This document shows, one piece after another, positions 10,662 to 21,552 of a DNA stretch of 64,000 nt. The notes under the pieces are model-generated. The model did no database searches, was not told the origin of the DNA, and was given only the letters and a program-made list of their open reading frames with translations. A program made the position numbers and the translations under genes. Numbering within the stretch: the first letter of the stretch is position 1; every line of letters starts with the position of its first letter. This stretch comes from an uncultured Bacillota bacterium (GTDB taxonomy: Bacteria > Sysuimicrobiota > Sysuimicrobiia > Sysuimicrobiales > Segetimicrobiaceae). The stretch spans positions 1 through 64,000 of the forward strand of contig CAWDRG010000001.1 in NCBI GenBank assembly GCA_963804645.1, written 5' to 3'.

Positions 10662-11535
10662 CCGGCAGGACCCGCCGGCCGGCCGCGGTCGCGGCGATCC
10701 CCGCGAGCACGAGGCCGGTCCCGATCCAGAACCAGGCGCCCAGGGCGTCGCCGAACAGGGCGGCCGACGCGCCCACACCCACGAGCGGCTGCAGATACTG
10801 CAGCGCCGCGGCCACCCGCACGGGGAGACGCGAGAGCGCGCCGAACCAGATCCAGAGCCCCAGCACCGTCACCAGCAGCGCCAGGTAGAAGACCACGGCC
10901 ACGCCGAGCACGCTGGGATGGACCGGGGTGCGGCGAAGCTCCCACCACGCGATCGGCACCAGCCCCGCCGCCCCCGCGAGCGATGTCAGCGCGGCGACCG
11001 TCACGACCGAGTACCGGGTGACCAGCGGGACGCTCAGCACATAGTAGAGGGCGACCGCCACCGCCGAGAGCACCATGAGCGCGTCTCCCCGCCCGCGGTC
11101 CGTGCCCGCGAGCGACGCGAGCGAGGCGAGCCGGCGCGGGTCCCCGGTCGCGACGAGCGCGACGCCGGCAAACGCGACGGCGAGGCCGAGCACCTGACGG
11201 CCGCTCAGCGGCTGGCGAAGCCGCACGGCCCCGATCGCGACGACGAGCACGGGGATCAGCGCCGAGATCACGGTCGCCACCGACGCGGACGTGTCCGCGA
11301 CCCCGAGGGTCTGCGCCACCTGCCCCACGACGATCCCCAGCACGCCGAGACCGGCGGCCTGGGCCAGCACCCGCGGCGGCGGCAGCGGGCGGCCGCGCAG
11401 CATGGCGAGAAAGAACGGGGCCGCGACAAGGTACCGCAGCGCGGTCAGCGTCAGCGGGGGAAACGACCGAAGGCCGAGTTTCGTCAGCGGCACGCTGCCG
11501 CCCCAGATCACGGCCAGCACCACCAGCACGCCCAC
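10615..11535 (-). CDS. DMT/EamA family transporter
   Basis: Two EamA repeats, about 10 TM segments; 3' end overlaps the kinase 3' end by 47 bp. Confidence 0.85.
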   Translation of the reverse strand: MGVLVVLAVIWGGSVPLTKLGLRSFPPLTLTALRYLVAAPFFLAMLRGRPLPPPRVLAQAAGLGVLGIVVGQVAQTLGVADTSASVATVISALIPVLVVAIGAVRLRQPLSGRQVLGLAVAFAGVALVATGDPRRLASLASLAGTDRGRGDALMVLSAVAVALYYVLSVPLVTRYSVVTVAALTSLAGAAGLVPIAWWELRRTPVHPSVLGVAVVFYLALLVTVLGLWIWFGALSRLPVRVAAALQYLQPLVGVGASAALFGDALGAWFWIGTGLVLAGIAATAAGRRVLPATSPPGPGPRPANAR

Positions 11536-11569
11536 CGCTCCGGGCAGGGTGCGCGCGGGTGGAGCGACG

Positions 11570-12284
11570 CTAGAGTTCGCCGAGGTAACTCTTGCGGACG
11601 AGGTCGTTCTCCCGGAGCAGCTCGGCGCGGTCTGAGAGCACGACCCGGCCGGTCTCGAGCACGTACCCGCGCCGCGCGACCGCGAGGGCCATCAGCGCGT
11701 TCTGCTCCACGAGCAGGATGGTCACGCCCTGGGCGTTGATTTCTTGAATCGTCCGGAAGATCAGCTCCACGAGCACCGGCGCCAGCCCCATCGACGGCTC
11801 GTCGAGCAGCATGATCTTGGGCCGGGCCATCAGGCCCGCGCCCGATCGCCAGCATCTGCTGCTCGCCGCCGGAGAGCGTGCCCGCGACCTGGGTGAGCCG
11901 CTCGCGCAGACGCGGGAACAGCTCGCAGACGCGCTCCAGATCCTCCGCGATCGCCTGCGTATCGGAGCGCGTGAACGCCCCCATCCGGAGGTTGTCGAGC
12001 ACGCTCATCCGCGGGAAGATCCGCCGGCCCTCGGGCACGAGACAGATTCCGCGCCGCGTGATGTCGTGGGGCGCCAGCCCGCTGATCAGCGCCCCGTCGA
12101 GCCGGACGGTGCCCGGCCGCGGACGGAGAAACCCCGAGATCGTCTTGAGCGTGGTGCTCTTGCCGGCCCCGTTCGCGCCAATCAGCGTCACGATCTCGCC
12201 GTCGTCGACGGTGATCGACACCCCGTGCAGCGCGTGGATGTGCCCGTAGTACGCGTGGACGCCGTCGACGACGAGCGAGGCCAT
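11570..12284 (-). CDS. livF: Branched-chain amino acid ABC ATPase, frameshifted near 11835
   Basis: GANGAGKST and [13 protein letters not shown], then [11 protein letters not shown] in a shifted frame. Confidence 0.9.
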
Positions 12285-13114
12285 CAGAGCGCCGCCTTCC
12301 CGAGGTACGCCTCGATCACCCGCGGGTCCCGCTTGATCTCGTCGGGGGTGCCCTCGGCGATCTTCTCGCCGTGGTCGAGCACCGTGACGCGGTCGGCGAC
12401 GCCCATCACGACGCGCATCTGGTGTTCGATCAAGAGGACGCCCAGCCCGAGCCGCTCACGGAGCGCCCGGATGAACTCCATGAGGCGCCGGGCCTCCTCG
12501 GGGTTCATCCCGGCGGCCGGCTCGTCCAGCAGGATGAGGCGCGGGCGGAGCGCCAGCGCACGCGCGATCTCGAGCCGGCGCTGATCCCCATACGGCAGGT
12601 TCTTTGCGAACTCGTCGTCACGCCGCGTCAGCCCCACGTACGCCAGCAGCTCGTGCGCCGCGTCGTGCGCCGCGCGCTCCTCCACGGCGACTCCGCGGCT
12701 CCCGGCGACGATGCGCAGCGGGCCCGCAGTGAGGCGCGTGTGCATCCCGATCAGGACGTTCTCCAGGGCGGTCATATTGGCGAAGATCCGAATGTTCTGG
12801 AACGTGCGGGCGATCCCCAGGCTCGCGATCTCGTGCGGTTTGTGGCCGGTGATGTCTCTCCCGGCGAACGCGATCGTCCCCGCAGTCGGATGGTAGAGTC
12901 CCGCGACCACGTTGAAGAACGTCGTCTTGCCGGCACCGTTCGGCCCGATCAGGCTCACGATGCCGCGCTCCGGCACCGTGAAGTCGACGCTGTTGACCGC
13001 GACGAGTCCCCCAAACGCCTTGGTCACGCCCCGCGCCTCCAGCAGGACGCCCCCCGGCGCCGTCCCCGCGCCCGGGGCGGTCACGATCTCGAGAATCCGC
13101 GCGTCCGCGCTCAC
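12284..13114 (-). CDS. livG: Branched-chain amino acid ABC ATPase
   Basis: [38 protein letters not shown]. Confidence 0.93.
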   Translation of the reverse strand: MSADARILEIVTAPGAGTAPGGVLLEARGVTKAFGGLVAVNSVDFTVPERGIVSLIGPNGAGKTTFFNVVAGLYHPTAGTIAFAGRDITGHKPHEIASLGIARTFQNIRIFANMTALENVLIGMHTRLTAGPLRIVAGSRGVAVEERAAHDAAHELLAYVGLTRRDDEFAKNLPYGDQRRLEIARALALRPRLILLDEPAAGMNPEEARRLMEFIRALRERLGLGVLLIEHQMRVVMGVADRVTVLDHGEKIAEGTPDEIKRDPRVIEAYLGKAAL

Positions 13115-14203
13115 GCGTCGGCCCCCGGCGGCGCGACGATCGGCTCATCGCCGACCTCGACGCTTTCCAGCGTCTCGTGCTGGGGCTCCGCGATCAGCAG
13201 GCGGATTCGCCGCGCGGGGAACAGCCCCTCGGGCCGCAGCAGCATCAACAGGATCAATCCGAGGCCGTACAGCAGAAACTTGAGGCTGACGAAATCCAGC
13301 TGCGTCAGGAGCGGCACGTGCCAGGCCACGCCGATGCTGTGCGACCACTGCGTCAGGTCGGCCAGGAACAGCGTTTGGAACAGGTACAGAATGGCGGCGC
13401 CCGCGATCACGCCGAACACGTTGCCCATCCCGCCGAGCACGACCATCGCGAGCACCGTGAACGAGACCGTGAAGTTGAACTGGTCGGGGCTGACGATCCC
13501 GAGCTTGGCGACGTACAGCGCCCCGGCGAACCCGGAGAAGAACGCCCCGAACGAAAACGCCATCAGCTTAGTCGTCGTCAGGTTGATGCCACTCGACGCC
13601 GCGGCGATCTCGTCCTCCCGGATCGCGAGCCACGCCCGCCCGAGCCGCGAGTCCCGGAGCCGCAGGATCGCGACGACGGACAGCGCGATCACGACGAGCA
13701 GGGTGTAGTAATATGGCGTCGGGTTGTACCCGAACTGGTAGCCGAACAGCGTCGGCTGGTAAATGCCGGGGACGCCGTTCGTCCCGCCGGTGTACTTCGG
13801 CAGATTCAGGAACACGGTCGGCACGATCTCCCCGAAGCCGAGGGTGACGATCGCGAGATAGTCGCCGCGCAGCCGCAGCGTCGGGAACCCGAGCAGCGCC
13901 CCGAAGACGCCGGCGATGATCGCGGCCGAGGATCATCATCGGCCAGAACGGCATGTGCAGCCCGTAGAACGGCGACGCAGACAGGGCATACGTGTACGAC
14001 CCGATCGCGAAGAACGCCGCGTACCCGAGGTCGAGCAGGCCGGCGAACCCCACGACGATGTTGAGGCCCAGGGCCAACAGCACGAACACCGCGGCGTCGG
14101 CCGCGTTGCTGATGTGGCCGGCGTTGCGGTCCCACAGCGGAAGGGTGACGAGCCCGACGCCGAGCAGGAGGAGCAGGACGAACCGGGCGGCCCGCCGCGC
14201 CAC
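13111..14203 (-). CDS. livM: Branched-chain amino acid ABC permease, frameshifted near 13925
   Basis: GLNIVVGFAGLLDLGYAAFFAIGSY, then RLRGDYLAIVTLGFGEI and AIREDEIAA in the next frame. Confidence 0.9.
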
Positions 14204-14209
14204 GAACCG

Positions 14210-15127
14210 CTACGCTCGCTCCGAGAGCTGCTGACCGAGGATGCCGGTGGGCCGGAACACGAGCACGAGGATCAGCACCGAGAAGATCGTGACCTCCGCC
14301 CACTGAAAGCCGACGTACTGCGCCGTCATCACCTCGACGAACCCGATGACGAAGCCGCCGAGCGCCGCGCCGGTGGTGTTGCCGATCCCGCCCAGCACGG
14401 CCGCGGTAAACGCGATCAGCCCCGCGCGGAACCCGTTGATGAACCACACGTTCCCGTAGTACAGGCCGGTGATCACCCCGGCCGCGCCGGCCAGCAGCGA
14501 GCCGATAAAGAACGTCAGCGCGATCGTCTTGTTGATGTCGATGCCCATGATCTCCGCGGCCATCCAGTCCTGCGCGGTCGCGCGCATCGCCTTCCCCAGC
14601 TTCGTCCCCTGGACGAAGAAGTGGAGGGCGAGCATCATGATGAGCGAGGAGAAAATCACGACGAGCTGCATCTGGCCGACGCTGATCTGGCCCAGGGCGA
14701 AGAACGGGTTCGGCACGAGCTCGGGGAACGGCACGGGCGACGGCCCGTACCAGATCTGGAGCAGGTTCTCGATGCTGAACGAGACGCCGATCGCGGTCAG
14801 GAGCGGCGCCAGCCTCGGCTTCCCGCGCAGGGGCCGGTACGCGAACCGCTCGATCACCACGCCGGTCGTGCCCATGATCAGCATCGTCAGGAGGAACGTG
14901 ACGATCAGCGCGAACACGATCCCCGCCGCCGCGCTGTGCCCCGTCACGCCGAGCCCGGTCAGAAGCGCGAGCGCGACAAACGACCCCGCCGTGTATACGT
15001 CCCCGTGGGCGAAGTTGATGAGCTCGACGATGCCGTAGACCATCGTATACCCGAGGGCGATGACGGCATAGATCGCCCCGAGCGACAGCCCGTTGATCAG
15101 CTGCTGAACGAGCAGGACCCAGTTCAC
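14210..15127 (-). CDS. livH: Branched-chain amino acid ABC permease
   Basis: GYTMVYGIVELINFAHG, AFTAAVLGGIG, RPTGILG. Confidence 0.93.
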   Translation of the reverse strand: MNWVLLVQQLINGLSLGAIYAVIALGYTMVYGIVELINFAHGDVYTAGSFVALALLTGLGVTGHSAAAGIVFALIVTFLLTMLIMGTTGVVIERFAYRPLRGKPRLAPLLTAIGVSFSIENLLQIWYGPSPVPFPELVPNPFFALGQISVGQMQLVVIFSSLIMMLALHFFVQGTKLGKAMRATAQDWMAAEIMGIDINKTIALTFFIGSLLAGAAGVITGLYYGNVWFINGFRAGLIAFTAAVLGGIGNTTGAALGGFVIGFVEVMTAQYVGFQWAEVTIFSVLILVLVFRPTGILGQQLSERA

Positions 15128-15191
15128 GGATAGGGAGGGAAGGGGCGGCGCCCGCCGCCCCCTCCCCGCTCCTCGCGCGTCAATTCAGCGA

Positions 15192-16448
15192 TCAGGCGCC
15201 AAAGTTGACCTGGTCGACCCAGGTCCACTTCCCGCTCTCGACCTTGTACACGCTGATGATGCGGTTGGTGGTATCGCCGTTCGCGTCGAAGCCGAACGTC
15301 CCGAGGATGCTCGAGTAGGCCTTCTGACCGGCGACCCACGCCCGGACCTTCTCGCGGTCGGGGCCGACGGCCTTGACCGCCGCGATGATGAGGTTGGCGC
15401 ACACGTAGGCGTTCGCGCTGTACGCGCCCGGATCGTCGTTGTACTTCGCCTTGTAGGAGCTCAGGAAAGCCCCCGCGGCCGGCACCTTCGTGGCGTCGAT
15501 CGCCGCCACGGTGCCGTAGGAGTTCGCCGCCGCGTCGCCGCCGACCTTAAGGAACTCGTCTTCCACGATGCCGTCGCCGCCCATGTACTTGATCGCCGTC
15601 ATGCCGACGTCCGGCATCTGCTTGCGGATCAAGCCGCCGCCGGTCGTGGTCACGCCGCCGAAGAAGAGCGCATCCGGATTCTCGGACTTGATCTTGGTGA
15701 GGATCGCGTGGAAGTCTTGGGTGCCCTTCGGGATCCCGTCGTGGCTCACGACGGTGCCGCCGATCTTCTTGAACTCCATCTCGACCTGGTCCGCGATGCC
15801 CTTGCCGTAAGTCTCCTGGTCGTCCAGGATCGCGAGCTTCTTCACCCCGAGCTTCCGGAACATGTAGTCCGCGGCGACGGGGCCCTGCAGGTCGTCCGTC
15901 GCGCACACGCGGAAGTAGTTGATCTTGGTCGGGTTCGCCTTCCGCAGCTGGAGCGCAGCCGGCGGCTTGGTGAGCGTGGGGTTCGTCTGCGACGGGCTGA
16001 TCTGGACGATGCCCGCGGCGTTCGTGATCGGAATGCTCGCCTGCGCGACGTTGCTGTTGAAGTTGCCGACGATCCCGACGACCGACGTGTCGGCGATCAG
16101 CTCCTGCACGTTCTTGGCGCCCTGCGCCGGGTCGTGGACGCCGTTGACGGCGTCGTCCTTGAGCGACTCGGAGAAGTTGTAGCTCCCGCCGGCCTTGTTG
16201 GCCTCGTCGATCGCCATCAGCACGCCGTTGTTCGTCGGCACGCCGTTCGGGGCTTCGCCGCCCGACATCGGCAGGTCCACGCCGATCTTGACGTCGGTCA
16301 TCGCCGCGGCGCTCGCCGAGCGCAGTCCGAACCCGCCGAGCACGCTGAGCGACAGCCCGAGCACCGTCGCCTTCGCAATCAACTCACGACGGGAAATCTT
16401 CCCCGCCTGGAACGCTTGCAGCAGGTCTCTGGCCTCCCGATCCCCCAT
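15192..16448 (-). CDS. livK: Branched-chain amino acid ABC substrate-binding protein, Tat-exported
   Basis: ISRREL Tat-like leader; YFRVCATDDLQG and ETYGKGIA; first gene of the liv operon. Confidence 0.88.
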   Translation of the reverse strand: MGDREARDLLQAFQAGKISRRELIAKATVLGLSLSVLGGFGLRSASAAAMTDVKIGVDLPMSGGEAPNGVPTNNGVLMAIDEANKAGGSYNFSESLKDDAVNGVHDPAQGAKNVQELIADTSVVGIVGNFNSNVAQASIPITNAAGIVQISPSQTNPTLTKPPAALQLRKANPTKINYFRVCATDDLQGPVAADYMFRKLGVKKLAILDDQETYGKGIADQVEMEFKKIGGTVVSHDGIPKGTQDFHAILTKIKSENPDALFFGGVTTTGGGLIRKQMPDVGMTAIKYMGGDGIVEDEFLKVGGDAAANSYGTVAAIDATKVPAAGAFLSSYKAKYNDDPGAYSANAYVCANLIIAAVKAVGPDREKVRAWVAGQKAYSSILGTFGFDANGDTTNRIISVYKVESGKWTWVDQVNFGA

Positions 16449-16588
16449 ACTTCCCACCCCCTACGATTCTCGAGCCCCCTGTGGGGCTGCGTCAGGCGTT
16501 CGGATCACTCATCACCGCGTGCCGCGGTCCCTCGCGCCTGCGACTTCCCGGTCGTCGGTCACGAGACACTGCCAGATGTTCACACGCC

Positions 16589-16605
16589 TGTAACGGATTC
16601 TTACG
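16589..16605. promoter_or_regulatory. Possible GlnR/TnrA-like operator
   Basis: TGTAA-N7-TTACG, one mismatch to TGTNA-N7-TNACA, upstream of the liv operon. Confidence 0.3.
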
Positions 16606-16889
16606 TTCGCCCTGCCCGGTAAAGTTCCCTCTGCGACCCCCAAGATAAGACGGTACTTTTACCGCGCACCCATATCACGGAGACTGCGCCGTGCAACGGC
16701 TCCCGAAGATGCTCGGCGCGTCTGGCGGGACAGTGGAACGGCTACACACGGCATCCGGGCGAAGAGGTACGCGTACTGCGGAGGGTTCGCGATAGCGATC
16801 AGGCGTTCGCGATCCCGCCAGCGTCGGGGATCCGGTCGTGTCGGCGGCCGTGACCTGGATGTCGTGCCGGCCGCCGCGCGATGAGGCCG

Positions 16890-18161
16890 TCAGGGATAGA
16901 TGCCGCGCGTCAGGAGGGCGTCGGCCACCCGGCCCACCGCGCGGACGAGCGCGCCCGTCCGCATCTCGATCTTCTTCTCCTGGGACACGGCGAGGACGTC
17001 GCGGAAGCTGCGCACCAGGATCCGCTCCAGCCGCTCGTTGATCTCTTCTTCCGACCAGAAGAACGACTGCAGGTCCTGCACCCACTCGAAGTAGGACACG
17101 ATGACGCCGCCCGCGTTCGCCAGAATGTCGGGGACGACAAAGACTTTGCGCTCGCTGAGGATCTCGTCGGCCTCGGGGGTGATCGGCCCGTTCGCCCCCT
17201 CGACGACGATGCGCGCTTTGATCCGGGGCGCGTTCTCGGCCGTGATCTGCCCTTCCATCGCGGCGGGCACCAAGATGTCGCAGGGCAGTTCCAGCAGGTC
17301 GGCGTTGGTGACCGCGTCGCTCCCGCGATACCCGGCGACGGTGCCCGCGTGCTGCTTGTGGCGGAGCAGGTCCTCGGGATCGAGCCCGTCGGCCTGGTAC
17401 ACGCCGCCTCCGCTGTCGCTGGCCGCGATGATCCGGCACCCTTGGGCGTGCAGCGTCTGCGCCGCGATGGAGCCGACATTGCCGAACCCCTGCACGACGA
17501 CGCGCGCGCCGGCGAGCGGCAGCCCGAGATGACGGGCGGTCTCGCGGGCGACGATCATGACCCCGCGCCCCGTGGCCTCGATGCGACCCGCCGAGCCGCC
17601 GATGGAGATCGGTTTGCCCGTGACCACGGCCGGCACCGAGTACCCGTGGTGCATGCTGTACGTGTCCATGATCCAGGCCATGATCTGCGGGTTCGTGCCG
17701 AGATCCGGCGCGGGGATGTCGCTCTCCGGTCCGATCAGCATCGCGATCTCCGTCGCGTAGCGGCGGGTCAGGTGCTCCAGCTCCGTGGGCGACAGCGTCT
17801 TCGGGTCGCAAATGACGCCGCCCTTGGCGCCGCCGTACGGCAGTCCCACCACCGCACACTTCCAGGTCATCAGCATGGCCAGCGCCCGGATCTCGTCGAG
17901 CGTGACGTCGGGGTGGTACCGAATGCCGCCCTTGGTCGGCCCGAGGACTGTGCTGTGGTGGATCCGGAATCCGGTAAACACCTGCACCGACCCGTCCTCG
18001 CGCTGGACCGGAAAGTTCACCGTGAGCTCGCGCTTTGGGTGGATGAGGAACTCGCGGATGCCGCGCTTGAGGGACAGCAGGTCGGCCGCCCGCGCGAACT
18101 GCTTCAGCGCAACCTGCCACGGATCCGCCTGCGGCGCCGTCTTCACCGCCTTAAGTGCCAT
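16890..18161 (-). CDS. gdhA: Glu/Leu/Phe/Val dehydrogenase (glutamate dehydrogenase)
   Basis: [46 protein letters not shown]. Confidence 0.93.
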   Translation of the reverse strand: MALKAVKTAPQADPWQVALKQFARAADLLSLKRGIREFLIHPKRELTVNFPVQREDGSVQVFTGFRIHHSTVLGPTKGGIRYHPDVTLDEIRALAMLMTWKCAVVGLPYGGAKGGVICDPKTLSPTELEHLTRRYATEIAMLIGPESDIPAPDLGTNPQIMAWIMDTYSMHHGYSVPAVVTGKPISIGGSAGRIEATGRGVMIVARETARHLGLPLAGARVVVQGFGNVGSIAAQTLHAQGCRIIAASDSGGGVYQADGLDPEDLLRHKQHAGTVAGYRGSDAVTNADLLELPCDILVPAAMEGQITAENAPRIKARIVVEGANGPITPEADEILSERKVFVVPDILANAGGVIVSYFEWVQDLQSFFWSEEEINERLERILVRSFRDVLAVSQEKKIEMRTGALVRAVGRVADALLTRGIYP

Positions 18162-18233
18162 CCGCTTCGCCTCCCGATGACGCGATCTCCGGACCCCCAC
18201 GACAGCCCCGCAGCGGCCCGGGCCGCGGCGGGG

Positions 18234-19133
18234 TCACACGCGCAAGTATCTCCGGACCGCGAGCAGGCTGCCCGCGACCCCGATCACTATACCCCAGACG
18301 AAGAGTTTCCAGGACAGATCCAGCGCGACCTCCTGCGGGGTGGGGAGCAGGAGAAACGGCAGCGAGGCATGGGCGCGTCCGGCGAGGACGGCGTACGAGC
18401 CGGCGACCAGCAGGAGCGCCGCGAGCGCGCCGCACGCGCCCGTGACGGCGCCCTCGACCACGAACGGCCACCGCACAAACCACGCCGTCGCCCCCACGAG
18501 ACGCATGACCTCGATCTCCGCCCGCCGGGCATACACCGTCAGCCGGATGGTGCTGGCGATCACCACGAGGGCGATGAGCGCGAGCACGCCGCCCGCGGCC
18601 GCGCCGAATCCGCGCACCGCCTGGGTCAGCGCGACCAGCCGCCGTACCGTCTCCGCGCTGTAGCTGACGCTGTCGGTCCACGGCAGGCGGGCCGCCGCGG
18701 CGGCGATCGCCGGCAGCCGCCCCGGGCGGTCCGCCGTCACGACGAACGAGGCGGGCAGCGGGTTGCGCGCTCCGAGGTCCCGAAATTCCCCGCCACCGCC
18801 GACGGACCGCCGGAGCTGTTCCAGCGCCTGCTGTTTCGAGACGTACGTGACCCGGGTCACGCCCCCGAACGCGCCGAGCCGTTTGCGCGCCGCGGTGATC
18901 GCCGCGGGCCTCAGGCCGTCCTTGAGATAGACGACGACCTGCACCTGCGCCTCAAGCTGATGGGCGATGTAGCCGAGCGCGCCGGTCACCACGAGCGCGC
19001 TGCCGAGCGCGATCAGCGTAACGACCGTGATCGTCACCGCCGCGAGGCTCATGAGGCCGTTCCGACGAAACGCCTGCAGCCCTTCGGATACCAGGTAGCG
19101 CGCGTCGCCCGGCGCCGCGCGGTGCCCCGTCAT
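18234..19133 (-). CDS. ftsX: Cell division permease-like protein FtsX
   Basis: RNGLMSLAA, NPLPASF, TIRLTVYARRAEIEVMRLVGAT.WFVRWPF; ATGA overlap with ftsE. Confidence 0.93.
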   Translation of the reverse strand: MTGHRAAPGDARYLVSEGLQAFRRNGLMSLAAVTITVVTLIALGSALVVTGALGYIAHQLEAQVQVVVYLKDGLRPAAITAARKRLGAFGGVTRVTYVSKQQALEQLRRSVGGGGEFRDLGARNPLPASFVVTADRPGRLPAIAAAAARLPWTDSVSYSAETVRRLVALTQAVRGFGAAAGGVLALIALVVIASTIRLTVYARRAEIEVMRLVGATAWFVRWPFVVEGAVTGACGALAALLLVAGSYAVLAGRAHASLPFLLLPTPQEVALDLSWKLFVWGIVIGVAGSLLAVRRYLRV

Positions 19134-20188
19134 GGGCCGTCGTACGACCCGCACGGCTCGTCGCGCACGATGACGCCCGCTTGGATCGCCACCACGCGGC
19201 GGCGCAGCCCGTCGACGATCACCTTGTCGTGGGTGGCGACGACGACGGTCGTCCCGGCCTGGTTGATCCGGGAGAGCAGCTGCATGATCTCCCACGAGGA
19301 CTCGGGATCGAGATTGCCCGTCGGCTCGTCCGCCAGCAGCAGCGACGGGCGGTGCACGAGCGCCCGGGCGATGCTGATCCGCTGCTGCTCGCCCCCGGAG
19401 AGCTGGCCCGGCAGCGCGTCGGCGCGCGCAGCGAGCCCGACGACCTCGAGCGTCTCGTCGACGCGCGGCGCAATCTCCGATCCGGGCGTCCCGGTCACCT
19501 CCAGCGCGAACGCGACATTCTCCCACGCGGTCTTGCGCGGCAGCAGCTTGAAATCCTGAAACACCACGCCGAGGCGGCGCCGCAGGAACGGGATCTGCCG
19601 CGCCGGGAGGGTGGTCACGTCCGTCCCGTACACCAGGACGCGTCCCGCCGTGGGGAGTTCCTCGCGGTAGATCATCTTCAGCAGCGTCGACTTCCCCGTG
19701 CCGGTCCGGCCCACGATGAACACAAACTCCCCGGGCTCGATCCGTAGCGACACCCGGTCGAGCGCGGTCATGCCCTTCGGGTACGTCTTCGTCACCTGAT
19801 CCAACTCGACCGCGGCCTCCGCGATCGGGGCCGCATCCGCCTCGCCTTCACGGGGCTGACGATCGGACGGCTCCTCCTCGGACACGGTGCCCGCCCCGTC
19901 GAGCGCCGGCAGCGCCGCCGCCGGGAGGGGCGGCACGGGCTCAGGGACGAGGGCCGCCTCGGTGTCCGGCACGGCCCCGTTCCCGTCCGGCGTGAGCACG
20001 GGCGCGACGGGCATCGCCTCGCCTGCTTCGCCCCCCGGCGCTGCGAGGAGCGGGTCCGACACGAGCCACCCCGCGGCGCCCGGGTCGGCCGACGGCGCGC
20101 CCACGGCGGGTGCCCCGCCGGGCGGCGCCGCATCCGCGGCCCCGGAGGGGACGCCTGCGGTTACGCTCGGGGGACGGTCAGATTCCAT
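19130..20188 (-). CDS. ftsE: Cell division ATP-binding protein FtsE with long Pro/Ala-rich N-terminal extension
   Basis: GRTGTGKST, GVVFQDFKLL, LSGGEQQR, ADEPTGNLD; ATG at 20188 preceded by GGAGG. Confidence 0.9.
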   Translation of the reverse strand: MESDRPPSVTAGVPSGAADAAPPGGAPAVGAPSADPGAAGWLVSDPLLAAPGGEAGEAMPVAPVLTPDGNGAVPDTEAALVPEPVPPLPAAALPALDGAGTVSEEEPSDRQPREGEADAAPIAEAAVELDQVTKTYPKGMTALDRVSLRIEPGEFVFIVGRTGTGKSTLLKMIYREELPTAGRVLVYGTDVTTLPARQIPFLRRRLGVVFQDFKLLPRKTAWENVAFALEVTGTPGSEIAPRVDETLEVVGLAARADALPGQLSGGEQQRISIARALVHRPSLLLADEPTGNLDPESSWEIMQLLSRINQAGTTVVVATHDKVIVDGLRRRVVAIQAGVIVRDEPCGSYDGP

Positions 20189-20931
20189 GTGCGAACCTCC
20201 GACGCGAGCCCGGAGTCGGTCATGTCCAGGCGGAGCGGCGTGACCGAGATCCTCCCCTCCGCCACGGCCCGGACGTCCGTGCCCTCGGCCTCCTTCGCGG
20301 CGTCCGGTGTTCCGGTCACCCAATAGTAATCGCGGCCCCGCGGATCGGCGCGCTTCTCGAGCCGGTTCACGTAGCGCCGCTGCCCCTGCCGGGTAATCTC
20401 GACGCCGCGCAGCGATGCCGCAGGAAGGTTCGGCACGTTCACGTTGAGGAAGGAATCGGTCGGCAGACGGTGCTGCGCCACCTGCCGCACCAGCGTCTCC
20501 GCGAACTCCACCGCGGGCTCCCAGTGAATGTCGTGAAACGCGGCGACCGACAGCGCGATCGCCGGGATGCCAAACAACACCGCCTCGACCGCCCCGGACA
20601 CCGTCCCCGAGTAGATCAGGTCCATGCCGAGGTTGGCGCCGACGTTGATGCCGGAGACCACGATGTCCGGCGCGGCGCCGATCAGATCGAGGACCGCGAG
20701 CACCACGCAGTCGGCCGGCGTGCCGTTGGTCGACCACCCCGGCACGTCCGTGTCCCCCACCCGCACCCGGGTGGCGCGCAGCGGCTTGTGCAGCGTGATC
20801 GCGTGGCTCGCCGCGCTTCGCTCGTGTTCCGGTGCGACGACAAACGTCTCGGCCACCCGGCTCAAGCCGCGCGCGAGCGCGATGAGACCGGGCGAGGTCA
20901 CCCCGTCGTCGTTGGTCAGCAGAACGCGCAT
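20161..20931 (-). CDS. surE: 5'/3'-nucleotidase SurE
   Basis: MRVLLTNDDG, GTPADCV, SGIN.GANLG, YSGTV, SVTPL. Confidence 0.96.
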   Translation of the reverse strand: MRVLLTNDDGVTSPGLIALARGLSRVAETFVVAPEHERSAASHAITLHKPLRATRVRVGDTDVPGWSTNGTPADCVVLAVLDLIGAAPDIVVSGINVGANLGMDLIYSGTVSGAVEAVLFGIPAIALSVAAFHDIHWEPAVEFAETLVRQVAQHRLPTDSFLNVNVPNLPAASLRGVEITRQGQRRYVNRLEKRADPRGRDYYWVTGTPDAAKEAEGTDVRAVAEGRISVTPLRLDMTDSGLASEVRTWNLTVPRA

Positions 20932-20959
20932 GCCCGCTCCTCGTCTTCGCGCCGACGCG

Positions 20960-21506
20960 TCATGCCACCGCCTCGAGGGCGGCTCGAAACGCGTCGTACG
21001 CCGCCGCGTCGTACAGGGCGAAGATGACCTCGTCGAGCCCACTGCCGGCGCGGAGGTGGGCGACCGTCTCCTCGAGCATCGCGGCGGCCGCGCGATCGAG
21101 CGGAAACCCCCCGACCCCGGTGCCGAGCGCGGGAAACGCCACCGACCGCAGCCCGAGCGACTCGGCCGACGCGCAGCGCGCTGCGCGTCGCCGCCCGGAT
21201 GTTGCGCTCGCTCGTCACGAGATCCTGGCCCATGGTCACGGCGTGAATCACGTGACGGGCGGGCAGCCGCCCGGCTCCCGTCGCGACGGCCCCGCCGATC
21301 TGCACCGGGCCGAGGGCCATCGCGTCCCGTTCGATCTCGGCTCCGCCGCGGCGCTTGATCGCCCCCGCGACGCCGCCGCCCATCCACAGCCGGTCGTTGG
21401 CCGCGTTGACGACCGCATCAACGGCCAAGCCCGTAAGATCACCCTGACACAGCCGGATGCGGGTGGACCCCACCCGGCGCTCGGCGGGCGGATCGCCCGC
21501 CATCAT
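20960..21506 (-). CDS. Macro domain protein (YmdB-like ADP-ribose hydrolase), frameshifted near 21165
   Basis: GDLT, DAVVNAAN, GGGVAGAI, VIHAV, then SVAFPALGTGVGGFP in a shifted frame. Confidence 0.88.
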
Positions 21507-21552
21507 GCGCGTCGGCAGGAGCCCCCGGACGCGGGGGCGGCCTCGACGATCG

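Noticed and set aside
15133..15170. GC-rich hairpin between livK and livH as a novel element
   Set aside because: Ordinary stabilising or attenuating hairpin after a binding-protein gene; not repeated elsewhere in the window
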